64,000 nucleotides of DNA from Candidatus Nomurabacteria bacterium (GTDB taxonomy: Bacteria; Patescibacteriota; Minisyncoccia; Phycocordibacterales; UBA5272): contig JBEIQD010000003.1 in the NCBI GenBank assembly GCA_040376695.1, positions 1,789-65,788 on the forward strand. The letters are read 5' to 3'. Below, in pieces: positions 20,308 to 29,457 of the stretch; position 1 is the stretch's first letter, and every line of letters begins with the position of its first letter. The position numbers were made by a program, and so were the translations under genes. The notes beneath the pieces were generated by a model, which was not told the DNA's origin, made no database searches, and was given only the letters and a program-made list of their open reading frames with translations.

Positions 20308-20559
20308 ATGAGCAATAACAAAGGTCAGCTGCTCCAGGATCCGTTCCTGAACACACTCCGCCGCGAGCATGTCCCCGTTTCCATTTATCTGGTTAACGGT
20401 ATCAAGCTGCAGGGGCAGATCGAATCGTTTGACCAGTATGTGGTATTGCTTAGGAACACGGTGACGCAAATGGTGTACAAACACGCCATCTCCACCATCG
20501 TTCCGGGCCGCGCCGTGAACTTCGCTGCCGCAGAAGCATCGGCGACACCGGCATCCTGA
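20308..20559 (+). CDS. hfq: RNA chaperone Hfq, Betaproteobacteria-like
   Basis: [11 protein letters not shown]...[43 protein letters not shown]; hand count 138/252 G+C (about 55%). Confidence 0.97.
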   Translation: MSNNKGQLLQDPFLNTLRREHVPVSIYLVNGIKLQGQIESFDQYVVLLRNTVTQMVYKHAISTIVPGRAVNFAAAEASATPAS

Positions 20560-20579
20560 TTGGTTTCAGCTCCCCCTTG

Positions 20580-20610
20580 GCGCGCATCGAAAGATGCGCG
20601 CTTTTTCTTT
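20580..20610 (+). terminator. intrinsic terminator of hfq
   Basis: gcgcgcatc-gaaa-gatgcgcgc followed by tttttcttt. Confidence 0.88.
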
Positions 20611-20626
20611 TGCTATACTGGACGGA

Positions 20627-21394
20627 ATGAAACTTATTTCTTGGAACGTAAACGGCATTCGTGCTGTTCATAAAAAAGGCGCCTTTGATGAACTTATGAA
20701 ATTGAAGGCTGACATTATTGGTATTCAAGAAACAAAGTCTACCCCAGACCAATTAAGTGAAGCAGTCATCTCCCCTTCTGGATATTTTTCATATTTTGAT
20801 TCAGCAAAAGAGCGCAAAGGATATGCTGGTGTCGCTGTGTATACAAAAATTAAACCTGAGAAAGTAGAATATGGATTAGGTATTGAAGAATACGATACAG
20901 AAGGACGATGCCTCACACTTCACTTTAAAGACTTCGCGTTTGTGACATGCTATTTCCCAAATGGTGGAAGAGATGCAGATCACTTTCAGTACAAACTTAG
21001 ATACTACGACATGTTTTTGAAACACGTTAAGCAATTAGAAGAAGAGTATGCACATGTTATTTTCTGTGGAGATTTAAATGTGGCACATGACGTTATTGAT
21101 CTTGCTCGACCAAAAGAAAATGCAAATTCAATTGGGTTTTTACCAATAGAACGTGCGTGGGTTGATAGAGTTCAGTCCGAAGGATTTATTGATACATTTC
21201 GCGCCCTTCATCCTGAAACAGTAAAGTACAGTTGGTGGGATGTAAAAACTGGATCACGAGAGCGAAACGTTGGATGGAGAATTGATTATTTTTTTGTTCC
21301 AGAATCTTTATTCCCCTATGTTAAGAAGTCAGACATCCTGACTGAGTTTATGGGAAGTGACCATGCGCCAGTAGTGCTTGATGTTGAGTTGTAA
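20627..21394 (+). CDS. xth: exodeoxyribonuclease III / AP endonuclease
   Basis: MKLISWNVNGIRA, QETK, GDLNVAH, GWRIDY and GSDHAPV motifs. Confidence 0.95.
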   Translation: MKLISWNVNGIRAVHKKGAFDELMKLKADIIGIQETKSTPDQLSEAVISPSGYFSYFDSAKERKGYAGVAVYTKIKPEKVEYGLGIEEYDTEGRCLTLHFKDFAFVTCYFPNGGRDADHFQYKLRYYDMFLKHVKQLEEEYAHVIFCGDLNVAHDVIDLARPKENANSIGFLPIERAWVDRVQSEGFIDTFRALHPETVKYSWWDVKTGSRERNVGWRIDYFFVPESLFPYVKKSDILTEFMGSDHAPVVLDVEL

Positions 21395-21434
21395 AATAAA
21401 AAGAGCAACGTCGTAGACGTTGCTCTTTTTATTT
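21394..21434. terminator. bidirectional terminator
   Basis: aaataaaaagagcaacgtc-gta-gacgttgctctttttattt. Confidence 0.85.
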
Positions 21435-21441
21435 AGTATCT

Positions 21442-22116
21442 TTAGTTCTTCTTAAAGAAAGAGAAGAGAGAATCAATTTGCTCTTTCAAAGCTTCACGAA
21501 ATGTTTTTGGTTCAGCTTTCTGGTCTTCAGTAATTACATTTGCTGCCGCTGTGTTCTGAGTGGTTTTAAGATTTGCTTGCATTGTTGCTGCGGTTGGTGC
21601 CATAGCAGGTGCTGCGCGTAATCCTGCTTTTGCTTCAGGTGCAGCATCTTTTGTTTCAGCTTCCATTTTCATTTCTGCAACAAACGCTTCACGCTTATCT
21701 TTGCTTATTTCTCGACATCCTTTTGTATTTACTTCAAAAGCCGCCCAAGCTTCCTTGCGAGCTTTTGTCAGACCGTCTTGCGCTTGAGTCACCGCTTTTT
21801 TATATTCTTCAACTGCTCTACTGATAGCGTCTTTTTTATCTCCAGCATCTTCAATAGCCACAGCTTCTTTTTCAGCGTTCTTACGTGCCTCAAGAGCTAT
21901 AGACATAGAGTTGTTGTACGCAGTACGAGCAGAGCCAATAGCACTGTCTCTAATTTCGATAGAGCTTTGAGAGCATGCAGTGAGTATTTGAGCTTCTGTT
22001 GGTTGCTGGCCAACGCCAATTTGAAGGCTTGTTGTTGCACTTATCTGAGCACTAGCAAGAAAAGGAATGAGTGCAGTACTGAATGCAAGAGTGGTGATGA
22101 GTGTATTCTTTTTCAT
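21442..22116 (-). CDS. secreted Ala/Lys-rich helical protein
   Basis: Signal peptide MKKNTLI...ASA; two Cys; last gene of the ECF locus. Confidence 0.75.
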   Translation of the reverse strand: MKKNTLITTLAFSTALIPFLASAQISATTSLQIGVGQQPTEAQILTACSQSSIEIRDSAIGSARTAYNNSMSIALEARKNAEKEAVAIEDAGDKKDAISRAVEEYKKAVTQAQDGLTKARKEAWAAFEVNTKGCREISKDKREAFVAEMKMEAETKDAAPEAKAGLRAAPAMAPTAATMQANLKTTQNTAAANVITEDQKAEPKTFREALKEQIDSLFSFFKKN

Positions 22117-22142
22117 AGTGATTTTAGTATAGTATTGTTGAT

Positions 22143-22484
22143 CTATAAAGTATAGTCAGCAAGTATCATTCGCTCATCTTCCGCGTTGAGGTTTTGTTCG
22201 AACATTTCAACCTGTTGATCTACTGCGTAGAATGGATTAATTGCCAGCTCTCTTGTTTGAAGAGTTGGATACACTGCGAGTGCAACAAGAAACACTGATG
22301 CGAGCTGTGCGATAGCAAGCCATCTATAGGGGGATCGTATCGCGCGCCTGTCTTCTAGCTCTTTTTCTTTTATCTCTGGTATTTGATTTAAAATATATAC
22401 AAGCGTACCTTTAGACGGCGACACGGTCTCCTTATACATAGCAAGTGCTTGTTCTTCTATTGTGAGTGGTTTGTTGTTATTCAT
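22143..22484 (-). CDS. putative single-TM anti-sigma factor
   Basis: ATG overlaps the end of the ECF sigma gene; one TM helix. Confidence 0.55.
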   Translation of the reverse strand: MNNNKPLTIEEQALAMYKETVSPSKGTLVYILNQIPEIKEKELEDRRAIRSPYRWLAIAQLASVFLVALAVYPTLQTRELAINPFYAVDQQVEMFEQNLNAEDERMILADYTL

Positions 22485-23064
22485 GGAGGTGGCGGGTGAG
22501 TGCTCGCAGTTTTGTGAGTGCTCGTTCTTTGATTTTTCGCACAGTTGCTTCTTCTTTGCGAAGAACTTCTCCAATTTCTTTATGGCTAAGTTCTCCGTAA
22601 AAGTGCATACGAATTACCTCTTCCTCATCCCCTGTTAGAGATGGGAGGAAAGAATCGATAGACTCTGAAAGAAGTTTCACATGTGTTTCTTTTACGATAT
22701 CGACATGTTCATCTGGAGTTGTTTCAAAGAGAGACTCATCAAACGGAACAGGTTTCTTCTTAACGCCTTCATTAATAAGGAGGTGTTTAGCAATAGTGAA
22801 AAGGTAAGCAAGAGGGCTTTTATCTGGTTCGTACCCAGGCAACGCCTGGAAAAACCTTAAAAAGGCCTGCTGACACACATCGTTTGCTAATTCCGTATCT
22901 CTGCAGCGTGTAAAAACGTACCTGTACAGTGGAGTAAACAGTTGGGTGTATACAACTCCAAAAGCCTCAGTATCGCCCTTTTTTGCTGAAAGTATGAGGC
23001 TTCTAAGATCTTCCGTCTCCTCCACACTATCTATAACCGGTTTGTTTGGATTCTGTGACAGCAT
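22477..23064 (-). CDS. ECF (sigma-70 group 4) sigma factor
   Basis: Region 2 (AKKGDTEAF...DVCQQAFLR...YLFTIAKH) and region 4 (LSHKEIGEVL...ATVRKIKERAL). Confidence 0.9.
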   Translation of the reverse strand: MLSQNPNKPVIDSVEETEDLRSLILSAKKGDTEAFGVVYTQLFTPLYRYVFTRCRDTELANDVCQQAFLRFFQALPGYEPDKSPLAYLFTIAKHLLINEGVKKKPVPFDESLFETTPDEHVDIVKETHVKLLSESIDSFLPSLTGDEEEVIRMHFYGELSHKEIGEVLRKEEATVRKIKERALTKLRALTRHLHE

Positions 23065-24175
23065 GTATTCCTGGTAGTGTACCAGATGCCAAAAAATCTA
23101 GCATGGCTCCGCCTCCCAAGGAAACGAAATCAAAGGTTCGAAGAAGGTGTAAAGAGTGAGCGACAGACACAGTATCCCCTCCTCCGATGTAGGTAGTTGC
23201 ATTTGAGGCTCCTATTTTTGTGAGCACTTGTTCGGTTCCGAAAAGATTTCCTTTTTCATAAAGTCCTAGTGGACCATTTGCGATAATTGTTTTCGCTTCA
23301 GCAATAGTTTTTGAAATCATTTCAACGGTATCTTTCCCGCAGTCTACAACTTTTCCATCATGAGGTATGCAATAGAATGGAACTGTTTCACCATTTTCTA
23401 GCACTACATCTATCGGAGTCATAAGAAATGGATGACAAAGTAATTTTTCGGCAAGTACTGTTGTTCCATCGAAAAGACTGGTACCAATTTCCACTCCGCG
23501 CGCCTTCCAAATATCATGTACCATTGCTCCGCCAACAAACACATGTACTCCTTGATCAAGGTATCTCTCGATAAGAGAAAGTTTTGTTTTTATTTTTGCT
23601 CCACCAATAATAAGTAGCGCTGGTTTTTGAGGATGAAGTGCGTGAGTTAAATGTTCCAACTCACGAACAAAAAGTGGGCCCAGATACGAAAGAAGGTTTT
23701 TTGGAATCCCGACAACACTCGCGTGCTCTCTATGTGATACAGAAAAAGCATTGTTGATGTATACATCTCCAAGTGCTGCAAAACTTCTTCCAAGTGAAGG
23801 AAGGTTATCTGTCTCCCCTCGCCACATGCGCACATTCTCTAAGAGTATCGCTTCTCCTTCTTTGATATCACGGGATGCTTGTTCGAGTTCATCAAATGAT
23901 ACTGATGGCGTATAGGTAATAAAAGGTACATGCATTTTAATGTACGAAAGAATAGGCTCAATGCTTTCACCCTTTTCTCCGAAGTGAGTCATAAGAACCA
24001 TTTTTACCCCTGCAAATGAAAGCTTTTTAAGGAATTCAAACGTTACATCTGCTCGACTTGTGTCGCTTACCACTCCATCCGTTACAGGTAAATTCCAATC
24101 AAGTCGTACGATAACGCGCTTCCCTTTTAGGGAAGAGTAGTCTTCAATCAAATGTTCTCTCCAATTTTTTTCCAT
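23027..24175 (-). CDS. pgk: phosphoglycerate kinase
   Basis: VRLDWNLP, LLENVR, GGAKI, GGGDT and SLGGGA motifs. Confidence 0.93.
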   Translation of the reverse strand: MEKNWREHLIEDYSSLKGKRVIVRLDWNLPVTDGVVSDTSRADVTFEFLKKLSFAGVKMVLMTHFGEKGESIEPILSYIKMHVPFITYTPSVSFDELEQASRDIKEGEAILLENVRMWRGETDNLPSLGRSFAALGDVYINNAFSVSHREHASVVGIPKNLLSYLGPLFVRELEHLTHALHPQKPALLIIGGAKIKTKLSLIERYLDQGVHVFVGGAMVHDIWKARGVEIGTSLFDGTTVLAEKLLCHPFLMTPIDVVLENGETVPFYCIPHDGKVVDCGKDTVEMISKTIAEAKTIIANGPLGLYEKGNLFGTEQVLTKIGASNATTYIGGGDTVSVAHSLHLLRTFDFVSLGGGAMLDFLASGTLPGIHAVTESKQTGYR

Positions 24176-24187
24176 TATGATGCTTAA

Positions 24188-24973
24188 TTATTTTTGATGA
24201 CACGAAAGAATGATTTCTTCAAATGTTCCTACGTCTTGTGAAGCGCGCCCAATGAGCAATCCGTCCACTCCACCTTCTTCAATAAAACTTTTTGCGTTTT
24301 CTGTCGTAACTGTTCCGCCGTACAAGATGTGTACTTTCTTTGCATATTCAATTCCTGCAAGTGCTGCAAGTGCACGCCTCAAAGCAATTACCACTTCGAA
24401 GCATTCGTGTGTGCTTGCAGGAGTCTTCCCTCCGATGGCCCACACAGGTTCATAGGCAATAACAAGATGCTCAAAAAGATCTCTCTTCACTAGCGACAGC
24501 GTTTGCTTCACATCTTCCTCTAGTTCAGCCAGATACTTTCCTTGATTGTCACGAGTGTGTTCGCCAACGCAGAGTATCGTAGTGAGTTTGCTTTGCAATG
24601 AAAGCGCAATCTTGTGAGCTCGAGCGTCACTCGTTTCTCCACGAGCTCGTACTTCGCTATGTCCAATAATTGCAAAGTCTGCGCCACCTGAAAGTATCAT
24701 TGAAGGAATAGTGACCCCTGTTTCTTGCCCAAGACTTACTCCAGATATGTTTTGTGATCCAATATATCCATGTGTAACAATGTCTTGTAGATGTGGTATG
24801 AAAATATCTGGAGCGGCGATATAGTAGCTCTTTTTTGGAAGCATTTTCACGCTTTTTGCTTTTGCGCTCGCTAATTTCTTATCAAGTGTTTTTACAAACT
24901 TTACCGCTTCAACAAGTGTTGCTGGGGAAGTTTTCCAGTTACCAACAAGTAAAGGCACTGTGCGTTTAGTCAT
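24188..24973 (-). CDS. tpiA: triosephosphate isomerase
   Basis: GNWK, GHSE, AYEPVWAIG and LYGG motifs. Confidence 0.95.
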   Translation of the reverse strand: MTKRTVPLLVGNWKTSPATLVEAVKFVKTLDKKLASAKAKSVKMLPKKSYYIAAPDIFIPHLQDIVTHGYIGSQNISGVSLGQETGVTIPSMILSGGADFAIIGHSEVRARGETSDARAHKIALSLQSKLTTILCVGEHTRDNQGKYLAELEEDVKQTLSLVKRDLFEHLVIAYEPVWAIGGKTPASTHECFEVVIALRRALAALAGIEYAKKVHILYGGTVTTENAKSFIEEGGVDGLLIGRASQDVGTFEEIILSCHQK

Positions 24974-25084
24974 AGGAAAAAGTATACCATTAAGAAAAGC
25001 CATTAATCATCCAATCTGCTTCATTAAAACAAATTTTTCTAAACTTCGTATGTCTGAAGCAATTTCTAACTTTTATAAAAAGAA

Positions 25085-25106
25085 AAAGCCGCCCGTAGGC
25101 GGCTTT
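25085..25106 (-). terminator. terminator of the 2H gene
   Basis: aaagccgcc-cgta-ggcggcttt with an A-tract on the left. Confidence 0.8.
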
Positions 25107-25107
25107 G

Positions 25108-25683
25108 CTAGAAATGAACAGGTGACCACTTTCCTGTGTTGGGATCCTTGCGATTCAGGAAAATAGTCGGTATATGAAGCGAAATCGGAGAAACTTCATC
25201 ATCAGGCCGCTCCTTTGGTGGAAGTTCCATGATTTTCTCGTAAAAACTGGGCTGCTCTTTCGGTGTCACTGCGGCCGTTGCGTGCATGAGGAGCGTAAAG
25301 CGGTCAGGTAGGTACTTCCATCTTTCTGCGGAAATGCTCACCCGTAAATCTTCAACAACATTTCGCATGACTTCACCTGGTTCGAGCACAACTACACATG
25401 CTCGTTTATCAATGTCGAGGTACCGACATTCCTTTGTTCGGACAGTGGCCACCGAGACACCGTTTTCGAAAAGTTTGCAAAAACGGAGACCTTTTGCAAA
25501 ACCTTCCGCAAAATCTTCTGTTGCGAAAAACGGAGACAGCCAACTAATGTGATCCCCTAGTTTTGGCTCATCAAATGAGATTTTGTTTTTGCGGAGTTTT
25601 TCGCGCATACGCTCAAGCATGATTCCGAGGTTCGAGTCTTCCCGAACAAGGCTTGCTACGCTATAGAGGTTTTCGGTTTTCAT
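25108..25683 (-). CDS. divergent 2H phosphoesterase (LigT/2'-5' RNA ligase-like fold)
   Basis: Two Hx[S/T] motifs (DHISWLSPF, MHATA) about 90 aa apart, plus a late hydrophobic strand; own SD and terminator. Confidence 0.6.
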   Translation of the reverse strand: MKTENLYSVASLVREDSNLGIMLERMREKLRKNKISFDEPKLGDHISWLSPFFATEDFAEGFAKGLRFCKLFENGVSVATVRTKECRYLDIDKRACVVVLEPGEVMRNVVEDLRVSISAERWKYLPDRFTLLMHATAAVTPKEQPSFYEKIMELPPKERPDDEVSPISLHIPTIFLNRKDPNTGKWSPVHF

Positions 25684-25891
25684 GAGGTTCTCCCTTGGTA
25701 ATGAACTGGTGTTATCCTACTCCTTTTACCTACGAAATAAAACTTGCTTTTCCTCTAGTTTGTTGTATACTAAAAGAGTTACATTTGGATGTGTGATGAA
25801 TCAGTTTCCCGTTTAAACCAGCCCGCAAGGCTGGTCAAATTTTTATCAAAAATCGAATATCGATTTAGTAATAACCAAGAAATATATACAT

Positions 25892-27268
25892 ATGTTAGAC
25901 ATTAAAGCGTTGAAGGTTGCCCTCGAGCAGCTCGAACAAGAAAAGAAAATTAGCCACGAAAAAGTGGTAGACGCAGTAGAGAAATCTCTTGCTGCAGCGT
26001 ACCAGAAAGAATATGGAAAGCGCGGACAGATTGTTCGTTGCCAAATTAACTTTGAAACTGGTGAAACAAGTTTCGAACAAGTAAAAATTGTTGTTGATGA
26101 ATCAACTGTTCGTATGCCAGTTGAAGGAGAAGAGGAAGTATATGAACCTATCATCGCAGAAGGTGAAAGTGTTGATGGTCTTCTTCCGCGATACAACGAA
26201 GAGCGTCATATTCTTCTTGGAACTGCAAAGCTTCTTAAGAAAAACGCTATTCTTGCTGAAGAAATTGTGTTCCCTCTTGATAATCAAGATGACTTCGGAC
26301 GTATTGCTGCGCAAACTGCAAAGCAGGTTATTGTTCAGAAGCTCCGTGAAGCAGAACGCGAAAGTATTGTTGGAGAATTTACAGATAAGGAAAATACTAT
26401 CGTGTCAGGTGTTGTTCAGCGTGTAGAGCGTGGAACAGCATTCATTGACCTTGGACGCACAACGGCAATTCTTCCATTTGAGGAACAGATTCCATCAGAA
26501 CGTCTTCGTCCAGGCGAGCGTATTCGTTGTTACCTTTTCTCTATTGAAGAAGGTTTCCGCGGACTCTCTATTCGTCTCTCACGTACACATCCAAAGTTCT
26601 TGATTGAACTCTTTAAAAATGAAAGTGCGGAAATTGCACAAGGTGTTGTTGAAATTGTTGCTGTTGCTCGTGAACCAGGAAGTCGTTCAAAGATTGCTGT
26701 TAAATCAAACGATGAACGAGTAGATCCAATTGGAGCATGTGTTGGACAACGTGGCGTTCGAGTGTCAGCCATTACCGATGAACTCTCAGGAGAAAAGATC
26801 GACGTTATCGAATGGTCATCTGACTCACGTCGTTTTATCGCAACCGCACTCTCTCCAGCAAAGGCTGTTTCTATCGAGCTTAACGAAGATGAGAAGAAGG
26901 CTGTTGTAACGGTGGCACCAGAAGAGCAGTCTCTCGCTATTGGTAAGGGTGGACAGAACGTTCGCCTTGCTGCAAAGCTCACAGGATGGAAGATTGATAT
27001 CGTATCAGGTGGTGAAATGATTGCAGAAGCTGATGAAGCAGGAATGTTTACAGAAAATCAGATTGTTGATGAAACTCTTTCAGAAGAAGTAGGAGAAGTA
27101 ATGGAAGCATTGAATGTAACAGAAGAGGAAGTTATCAAAGCAACAGTGGAAGAGGTATCAACTGAAGAATCAGTAGTTGATGAAATTATTGCTGATGAAG
27201 GAGCTTCTACTACAGAAGGAACAGGGCTTGATAAGGAAGCCGTTGATGCTGCCGAAGAAACAAAATAA
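25892..27268 (+). CDS. nusA: transcription factor NusA
   Basis: FGRIAAQTAKQV, AREPGSRSKIAV and AIGKGGQNVRLA; acidic tail. Confidence 0.97.
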   Translation: MLDIKALKVALEQLEQEKKISHEKVVDAVEKSLAAAYQKEYGKRGQIVRCQINFETGETSFEQVKIVVDESTVRMPVEGEEEVYEPIIAEGESVDGLLPRYNEERHILLGTAKLLKKNAILAEEIVFPLDNQDDFGRIAAQTAKQVIVQKLREAERESIVGEFTDKENTIVSGVVQRVERGTAFIDLGRTTAILPFEEQIPSERLRPGERIRCYLFSIEEGFRGLSIRLSRTHPKFLIELFKNESAEIAQGVVEIVAVAREPGSRSKIAVKSNDERVDPIGACVGQRGVRVSAITDELSGEKIDVIEWSSDSRRFIATALSPAKAVSIELNEDEKKAVVTVAPEEQSLAIGKGGQNVRLAAKLTGWKIDIVSGGEMIAEADEAGMFTENQIVDETLSEEVGEVMEALNVTEEEVIKATVEEVSTEESVVDEIIADEGASTTEGTGLDKEAVDAAEETK

Positions 27269-27298
27269 TCTTATTACACGTAATCCAACTAATTCACT

Positions 27299-27835
27299 AT
27301 GAGTTTAAATTTACTCCACGATGTTACTCCAGGAGACAATATACCTAACGAAGTTACCGTAGTTATTGAAATCAATAAAGGTTCAAAGAACAAATACGAA
27401 CTTGATAAGGCGACAGGTTTAATTAAGCTTGATCGTGTTATGAAGACATCTCAAGATTATCCATTTGATTATGGATTTGTTCCGCAAACACATTGGCATG
27501 ATGGAGACCCTCTTGATATCGTTCTTTTGACCACCTATCCACTCATTCCAGGCATTCTTGTTACTGTGCGACCTGTTGCAGTTATGGACATGATCGATGG
27601 TGGTGAAAGTGATGCAAAAGTTATCGCAGTGCCGGTGGATGATCCACGGTTCGATAACGTACAGGATATTGGAGACATCAACCCTCATACACTTAAGGAG
27701 ATTGATCACTTCTTTACAACCTATAAAACTATTCAAGGGAAAGTTGTAACAATTCCAACAGTACGAGATGCAGCTGCTGCAAAGGAAGTCATTCTAGAAG
27801 GAATCGCTCTCTACAAAAAAGAGTTCAATAAATAA
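27299..27835 (+). CDS. ppa: inorganic pyrophosphatase
   Basis: KYELDK, YGFVPQT and DGDPLD motifs. Confidence 0.96.
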   Translation: MSLNLLHDVTPGDNIPNEVTVVIEINKGSKNKYELDKATGLIKLDRVMKTSQDYPFDYGFVPQTHWHDGDPLDIVLLTTYPLIPGILVTVRPVAVMDMIDGGESDAKVIAVPVDDPRFDNVQDIGDINPHTLKEIDHFFTTYKTIQGKVVTIPTVRDAAAAKEVILEGIALYKKEFNK

Positions 27836-27859
27836 ATTACACGGTAACGAGAAATCTAT

Positions 27860-28969
27860 ATGAAAATAACATTAACAAAACTTCCAAAATCTATCGCAGA
27901 ACTCAACATTGTTGTTGATGAAACAGAATTTGAAACATATCACCAGAAAGGATTTAAGCGTGTACAGGAAATGGTGGAAGTGGACGGTTTTCGAAAAGGA
28001 AATGCGCCAGAAGATATGATTATAAAAAAGTACGGTGACATGATTATTCTAGAAGAGATGGCTAACCTTGCGTTGCGTGATGCATATGTAAAGGCGGTGG
28101 ATGAACACAAGATCTCCCCTATCACTGAACCAAAAGTAACTATCACAAAATTAGCTAAAGGAAATCCACTTGAACTTACTATCACGGTGTCACTTATGCC
28201 AGAAGTAGAACTTCCTGCGTATAAGAAGCTTGCAAAGGAATCTATGAAAGATGAAGAAGCAGTCGTCGTATCTGATAAAGATATTGATGACGTTCTTGAA
28301 GAACTTCGTAAGGGTCGAGTAACACAACATGATCACGATCACGCTGGACACGACCATAATCACGATCACGATTCGCACGAGGGTCATGATCACGCTGAAG
28401 GCGAAGGTCATGAACACGAAGAAGGGGTGGAGGCTTCCCCAGCTGAACTCCCAGCGCTTGATGATGAATTCGCCCAGAGTTTTGGCCCAGACTTCAAATC
28501 ACTTTCTGACCTTAAAACCAAGGTTGAAGAAAATCTTAAACTTGAAAAGGAACAGAAAGCACGAGAGAAGAGACGCACTGCAATTATGGAGAAACTTGTT
28601 GAGGAAACAAAAGTAGATCTTCCAGACGCAATCGTCGAAAGTGAGCTACAGAACATGCTTGCTCAAATGAAAGCGGATGTAACTCGTTTCGGTGGAACAT
28701 GGGAAGATTACCTTACTCATACAAAGAAGACAGAAGATGAAATCAAAGCTGATTGGGTAACTGATGCTGTGAAGCGTGCAATGAGTCAACTTATTTTGCA
28801 TAAGATTGCAGAAGCTGAAAAGCTTACAGCAACTGATGATGAAATTGAAGTTGAGCTTGTTCGCCTATTAACTCAGGTACAAGACGCTGACGAAGAACGC
28901 GCTAAGAGTTATTTGTACCAGGCTCTTACAAATGAAAAGGTTCTTAAGTTCTTAGAAGAATCTAAGTAA
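27860..28969 (+). CDS. tig: trigger factor lacking the FKBP domain, with His-rich linker
   Basis: GFRKGNAP ribosome-binding motif; LPALDDEFA and the C-domain follow directly after an H/D/E-rich stretch. Confidence 0.9.
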   Translation: MKITLTKLPKSIAELNIVVDETEFETYHQKGFKRVQEMVEVDGFRKGNAPEDMIIKKYGDMIILEEMANLALRDAYVKAVDEHKISPITEPKVTITKLAKGNPLELTITVSLMPEVELPAYKKLAKESMKDEEAVVVSDKDIDDVLEELRKGRVTQHDHDHAGHDHNHDHDSHEGHDHAEGEGHEHEEGVEASPAELPALDDEFAQSFGPDFKSLSDLKTKVEENLKLEKEQKAREKRRTAIMEKLVEETKVDLPDAIVESELQNMLAQMKADVTRFGGTWEDYLTHTKKTEDEIKADWVTDAVKRAMSQLILHKIAEAEKLTATDDEIEVELVRLLTQVQDADEERAKSYLYQALTNEKVLKFLEESK

Positions 28970-28979
28970 CTTACAAAGA

Positions 28980-29017
28980 AATAGAAAAGCGGCACCTAAC
29001 GGTGCCGCTTTTCTATT
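28980..29017. terminator. bidirectional terminator
   Basis: aatagaaaagcggcacc-taac-ggtgccgcttttctatt. Confidence 0.85.
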
Positions 29018-29033
29018 GAGATAGTACTACGTA

Positions 29034-29390
29034 TTAGTGACCATTCTTGCCGCAACGAATTGCAAGCATAATACCACCGATGATAGCGATATTCTTAAGC
29101 GCCATAACCATGTTACCTGCCATAGCAAAGTCACGATGAGCAACAAGCGTTGCTAGTGCTGTGAAAGCAATCAAAGCGTATCCTGTTTCACGGATCTTGT
29201 ATCCCCATGCGAAGGCTAGAGCTACAGGAACTTCAATAATAATAACAATGAGTGTTGCAAGCATTGGAGCTGGAATTCCAAGTGATCCAATATAACCTGC
29301 TGTCATGTCAAAACTCATAAGTTTCTGTACACCCGCTACTACGAAAAGAAGCGCAATAAGTGAACGAGAGATTGTAGCGTAATTCTTCAT
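29034..29390 (-). CDS. DoxX-family membrane protein
   Basis: R.LIALLFVVAGVQKL and KNIAIIGG motifs; four TM helices. Confidence 0.88.
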   Translation of the reverse strand: MKNYATISRSLIALLFVVAGVQKLMSFDMTAGYIGSLGIPAPMLATLIVIIIEVPVALAFAWGYKIRETGYALIAFTALATLVAHRDFAMAGNMVMALKNIAIIGGIMLAIRCGKNGH

Positions 29391-29457
29391 AAAAATAGAA
29401 ATAATTGTTTATAATCCCGTTAAACAGGGAATGATATAAGTATACTCTGGATTTCCT

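Noticed and set aside
19250-20610. Integrase plus foreign gene as an integrative element or integron
   Set aside because: The recombinase looks like a housekeeping Xer with native codon style and leaderless start; I saw no att repeats, attC sites or further cassettes.
25817-25837. Hairpin accagcc-cgcaa-ggctggt-like element in the nusA leader as a novel RNA
   Set aside because: A single short hairpin consistent with ordinary nusA/rimP-type attenuation; too little evidence for more.
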